Assembly (NCBI GenBank): GCA_963666565.1
Contig: OY762911.1
Coordinates: forward strand, 2,944,001 to 3,008,000
Reading direction: 5' to 3'
DNA: 64,000 nucleotides
Source of the DNA: Thermoanaerobaculia bacterium
Lineage (GTDB): Bacteria > Acidobacteriota > Thermoanaerobaculia > Multivoradales > Multivoraceae
Position 1 is the stretch's first letter. Each line of letters begins with the position of its first letter. Under the pieces are notes generated by a model that was not told where the DNA came from, searched no databases, and saw only the letters and a list, made by a program, of their open reading frames with translations. Positions 60,762 to 64,000 of the stretch are shown here, one piece after another. A program made the position numbers and the translations under genes.

Positions 60762-63700
60762 TCAGGGCCGGGAAGAGGGCGGCGGCGCGCCAATGTACCG
60801 GCAGTGGCCGCGGGCGCCGAGCAGTTCGTCGATCCTGGACACCAGGCCGGCGTCGACCGGCGCCCGGCTGCCGTTCGCGCCGGCGATGACGGTGCGGTCG
60901 TCGAGCTCCAGTTCGAACTCGACGGCGACGCCGCCGTTGCGGCCGCGGCTGCGGCGGTTGTCGAGCAGGTCGCGCAGCCGTTCCAGGTCGTCCTCGAGGC
61001 CGTTGGCGCCGACGGCGGCCCGCCCGCGGAGGTCGAGGCGGATGCGAAGGCGGCGGGCGAGCTTGGCGGAGGCCTCTTCCAGCGGCACGACCTTGCCGAC
61101 CACCAGGTTCGGCTCCTCGCGCCGGCGGTCGACGCGGCCGGTGAAGAACAGGACGGCGCCGCGCTCCAGTTGCTCCTCGTACTCGGCGTAGGCATCGGCG
61201 AACAGCACGCCCTCGACGCGCGCGCTCTTGTCCTCGAGCTGGACCATCGCCATCTTCTGGCCGGGGTTGCGCCCCTTACGGGTGCGGGTGGTGCGGAGCG
61301 AGCCGAGCAGCGCTCCGAGCACCACCTCGGTGTCCGCCGGCAGGGCCTTCAACTGCTCGACGTTCACGTTGCCGAACCGTTCGAGCATCTCCCGGTGGTC
61401 GTCCAGCGGGTGGCTCGAGGCGAAGAAGCCCAGCGTCTCCTTCTCGTGGGTCAGGAGTTCGGTCGCGCTCCAGGGCGGCACGGCCGGCAGTTCCTGGCCG
61501 GCGTCGTCGGGCTCGTGCGCGTCCTCCGAACCGCCGCCGAACAGGAGGCTGCCCTGGCCGCTCTCGCGGTCGGCCGCCGCCCGCTGCCCGGCCTTGATCG
61601 CGGCCGGGAGCGCGTCGACCATGGCCGCCCGCTGGTCCTTGCCGTGGACGCCGTCGAAGGCGCCGGACTTGATCAGCGCCTCGACGGTCGTGCGGTTCAC
61701 CGTCTGGAGCGGCACCCGCCGGCAGAAGTCCCACAGGCTGCTGAACCCACCGCCCTCCTCGCGCGCTTCGAGGATGGCCCGCACCGCCTTCTCGCCGACG
61801 CCCTTGACCGCCGACAGCCCGAAGCGGATGTGCCCGGCGCCGCTCGTCTTCTTCTCGCCGGGCTCGAACACGACGTGGAAGCGGACGCCGGAGCGGTCGA
61901 TGTCGGGCGCGCCGACCTCGATCCCGCCTCCGCCCGGGAGCTTCACCCGCCCGCACTCGTCGACGTAGTGGACCAGCTTGTCCGTGCTGTCGGCGGCGTA
62001 GGTGAGGACGGCGGCCATGTACTGGACCGGGAAGTACGTCTTGAGGTACGCCGTCTGGTAGGCGAGCAGCGTGTAGCCCACGGAGTGGGACTTGTTGAAG
62101 CCGTAGCCCGCGAACTCCTCGATCAGGCCGAACAACCGCGTCGCCTGGTGCTTCGCAAGCCCCTTGTCCCGGGCGCCGGCGACGAAGCGCTGCCGGGCCG
62201 CGTTGATCGTCTTCCGGCTCTTCTTGCTGATCGCCTTGATCAGCGTGTACGCCTCGCGGAGCGGCACGTCGCCCAGCTCGTGGACGATCTGCATCACCTG
62301 TTCCTGGTAGACCATGATGCCGTGAGTGTCGGCCGTGTGCCGGTCGACGATCTCGTGGACCCGCGGGGTCTCCTCGCGGCCGTGCTTGCGGTCGCAGTAG
62401 GTGGGGATGAGCGCCATCGGTCCGGGCCGGAAGAGGGCGTTGGCGGCGACCAGGTCTTCCAGCCGGTCGGGTTTCATCTGCAGCAGCAGGTTGCGCATGC
62501 CCTCCGACTCGAACTGGAACGTGCCGGCGGTGTCGGCGCTGGCGAAGACCTCCAGCACCTTCGGGTCGGCGAGGTCGATGCGGTCGAGGTCGAGCGGGTC
62601 CTCTCCCTCGGCGGCGCCCGGAACGGCCGCGGCGATCGCCTCCGGCGGCAGGGTCTCGCGCACGAGCTGGCGGCAGCGCTCGATGATGGACAGGGTGGTC
62701 AGGCCCAGGAAGTCCATCTTCAGCAGGCCCATCTTCTCGACGGTGGGGCCGTCCCACTGGGTCACCAGCACGTCCTTCGAGCCCTGGGTGCGGCTGGTGG
62801 CGAGCGGCACCAGGTTCTCGAGCGGCTGGGTCGCGATGACCAGCCCGGCGGCGTGAACGCCGCTGTGCCGGGTGATTCCCTCGAGCTGCCGGGCGGTGTC
62901 GATCGTCTCGCGGACCTGCTCGTCGCCGTCGTAGAGGTCCTTCAGTTCCTTCTCGCGGCCCAGGGCCTGTTCGATCGTCACGCCGAGTTCGGAACCGATC
63001 AGCTTCGAGATGCGGTCGACCTGGGCGAGCGGAAGTTCGAGGACCCGTCCGACGTCCCGGATCGCGGCGCGCGCCTTCATCGTGCCGAAGGTGATGATCT
63101 GGGCGACGTAGCCGTACTTCTCGCGGACGTACTCGAGGATCTCGGCCCGGCCGTCCTGACACAGGTCGATGTCGATGTCGGGGTACTCGCTGCGGTCCGG
63201 GTCGGTGAAGCGCTCGAACAGCAGGCCGTAGCGGACCGGGCAGGCGTGCGAGAGGCCGAGCGTGTAGCCGACCATCGTGCCGACGCCCGAGCCGCGCGCC
63301 GTGGCCGGGATGCCGCGCTTGCGGGCCTCGTTGACGAAGTCCCAGACGATCAGGAAGTAGGCGCTGATTCGCTTGCCGGCGAGGACGGAGAGTTCGTGGT
63401 CGAGACGGCGGCGGTGAGCGTCCTCGATCCGGTCGCCGTAGCGCCAGGCGAGACCGGCCTCGCTGAGTTCCCGCAGGGCGCGGTCGCAGTCGGCGTGGAG
63501 GACGGCCAGTTCCTCCTCGCCCGGCTGCTCGGCCAGCGGTTCCACGCGGTAGCCGGCGCAGAAGCGGTCGAACCGGGCGTCGCTGCCCGGCTCGGGCGCC
63601 GCCGCGCCGGCCGGCAGAGGTTCGGGTTCCGTGCGCTCGACCCGGACCAGCGGCGCGTGGTTGGCGGTGAAGTCGAGTTCGACGTTGCAGCGGTCGGCGA

Positions 63701-64000
63701 TGCGGCGGGTGTTGCGGAGCGCCTCGGCGGTCGCCGGCTCGTCGAAGAGCTCCGTCATCTGCTCGGGGCTCTTGACGTAGAGCTCCTTCGGATAGTGGAG
63801 CCGGTCCTCCGACTGCTTCGGCTTGTTCGTCGAGACGCAGATCAGCGTGTCGTGGCTGTCCCAGTCCTCGGCGGTCAGGAAGTGCGGGTCGTTGTCGCAG
63901 ACGAGGGGCAGGTCGAGGTCGGCGGCGAGGCGCAGGACCAGGTCGTTGACCTCGTCCTGCTCGGTGGTGTCGTGCCGCTGCAGTTCGAGGTAGAAGCAGG
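60762..64000 (-). CDS. dnaE: DNA polymerase III alpha subunit (5' end outside the window)
   Basis: ARGSGVG, LLFERF, PDIDID, GLLKMDFLGL, YGFNKSH, OB fold; the frame is open to the window edge (PHP part FYLELQRH, NDPHFL). Confidence 0.97.
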   Translation of the reverse strand, partial: CFYLELQRHDTTEQDEVNDLVLRLAADLDLPLVCDNDPHFLTAEDWDSHDTLICVSTNKPKQSEDRLHYPKELYVKSPEQMTELFDEPATAEALRNTRRIADRCNVELDFTANHAPLVRVERTEPEPLPAGAAAPEPGSDARFDRFCAGYRVEPLAEQPGEEELAVLHADCDRALRELSEAGLAWRYGDRIEDAHRRRLDHELSVLAGKRISAYFLIVWDFVNEARKRGIPATARGSGVGTMVGYTLGLSHACPVRYGLLFERFTDPDRSEYPDIDIDLCQDGRAEILEYVREKYGYVAQIITFGTMKARAAIRDVGRVLELPLAQVDRISKLIGSELGVTIEQALGREKELKDLYDGDEQVRETIDTARQLEGITRHSGVHAAGLVIATQPLENLVPLATSRTQGSKDVLVTQWDGPTVEKMGLLKMDFLGLTTLSIIERCRQLVRETLPPEAIAAAVPGAAEGEDPLDLDRIDLADPKVLEVFASADTAGTFQFESEGMRNLLLQMKPDRLEDLVAANALFRPGPMALIPTYCDRKHGREETPRVHEIVDRHTADTHGIMVYQEQVMQIVHELGDVPLREAYTLIKAISKKSRKTINAARQRFVAGARDKGLAKHQATRLFGLIEEFAGYGFNKSHSVGYTLLAYQTAYLKTYFPVQYMAAVLTYAADSTDKLVHYVDECGRVKLPGGGGIEVGAPDIDRSGVRFHVVFEPGEKKTSGAGHIRFGLSAVKGVGEKAVRAILEAREEGGGFSSLWDFCRRVPLQTVNRTTVEALIKSGAFDGVHGKDQRAAMVDALPAAIKAGQRAAADRESGQGSLLFGGGSEDAHEPDDAGQELPAVPPWSATELLTHEKETLGFFASSHPLDDHREMLERFGNVNVEQLKALPADTEVVLGALLGSLRTTRTRKGRNPGQKMAMVQLEDKSARVEGVLFADAYAEYEEQLERGAVLFFTGRVDRRREEPNLVVGKVVPLEEASAKLARRLRIRLDLRGRAAVGANGLEDDLERLRDLLDNRRSRGRNGGVAVEFELELDDRTVIAGANGSRAPVDAGLVSRIDELLGARGHCRYIGAPPPSSRP

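Noticed and set aside
4938-63162. Many long antisense or alternate-frame ORFs (for example 8838-11120, 14772-17507, 23086-26355, 47109-50414, 53867-57271)
   Set aside because: Shadow ORFs expected at this GC content; Arg/Pro/Gly-rich, motif-free, and overlapping well-supported genes.

Overview
This is a very GC-rich bacterial window. The gene content (VWFA-related secreted proteins, ASPIC/UnbV FG-GAP proteins, an Oar-like TonB receptor, Cys-rich 'SGLFWFF..DNWE.LVKVLDGC' repeat proteins) suggests an Acidobacteriota genome, possibly host-associated; that assignment is inference. It holds about 35 genes: an envelope/secreted-protein cluster, metabolic genes (two NAD-IDH-family paralogs, a ThDP enzyme, an aminotransferase-hppD-phhA cluster between two Lrp regulators), a tandem array of three FN3/PKD surface proteins, a possible defence/toxin gene, and the 3' part of dnaE. 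The most striking unexplained structure is a family of about 17 modular palindromic REP/REPIN-like elements (core GGGTGCGCGGGTCTTCCGACCCGC). They show compensatory base changes and sit between genes and also in frame inside genes, repeatedly in signal-peptide n-regions and linkers. Other highlights are a UGA-recoded (selenocysteine) exported peroxiredoxin with a SECIS-like hairpin, a sialidase-like/cyclohexadienyl dehydratase/chorismate mutase triple-fusion lipoprotein, and a 70-bp duplication of an IDH gene 3' end that creates a coupled mini-ORF. All calls come from reading the sequence by eye; no database searches were run.
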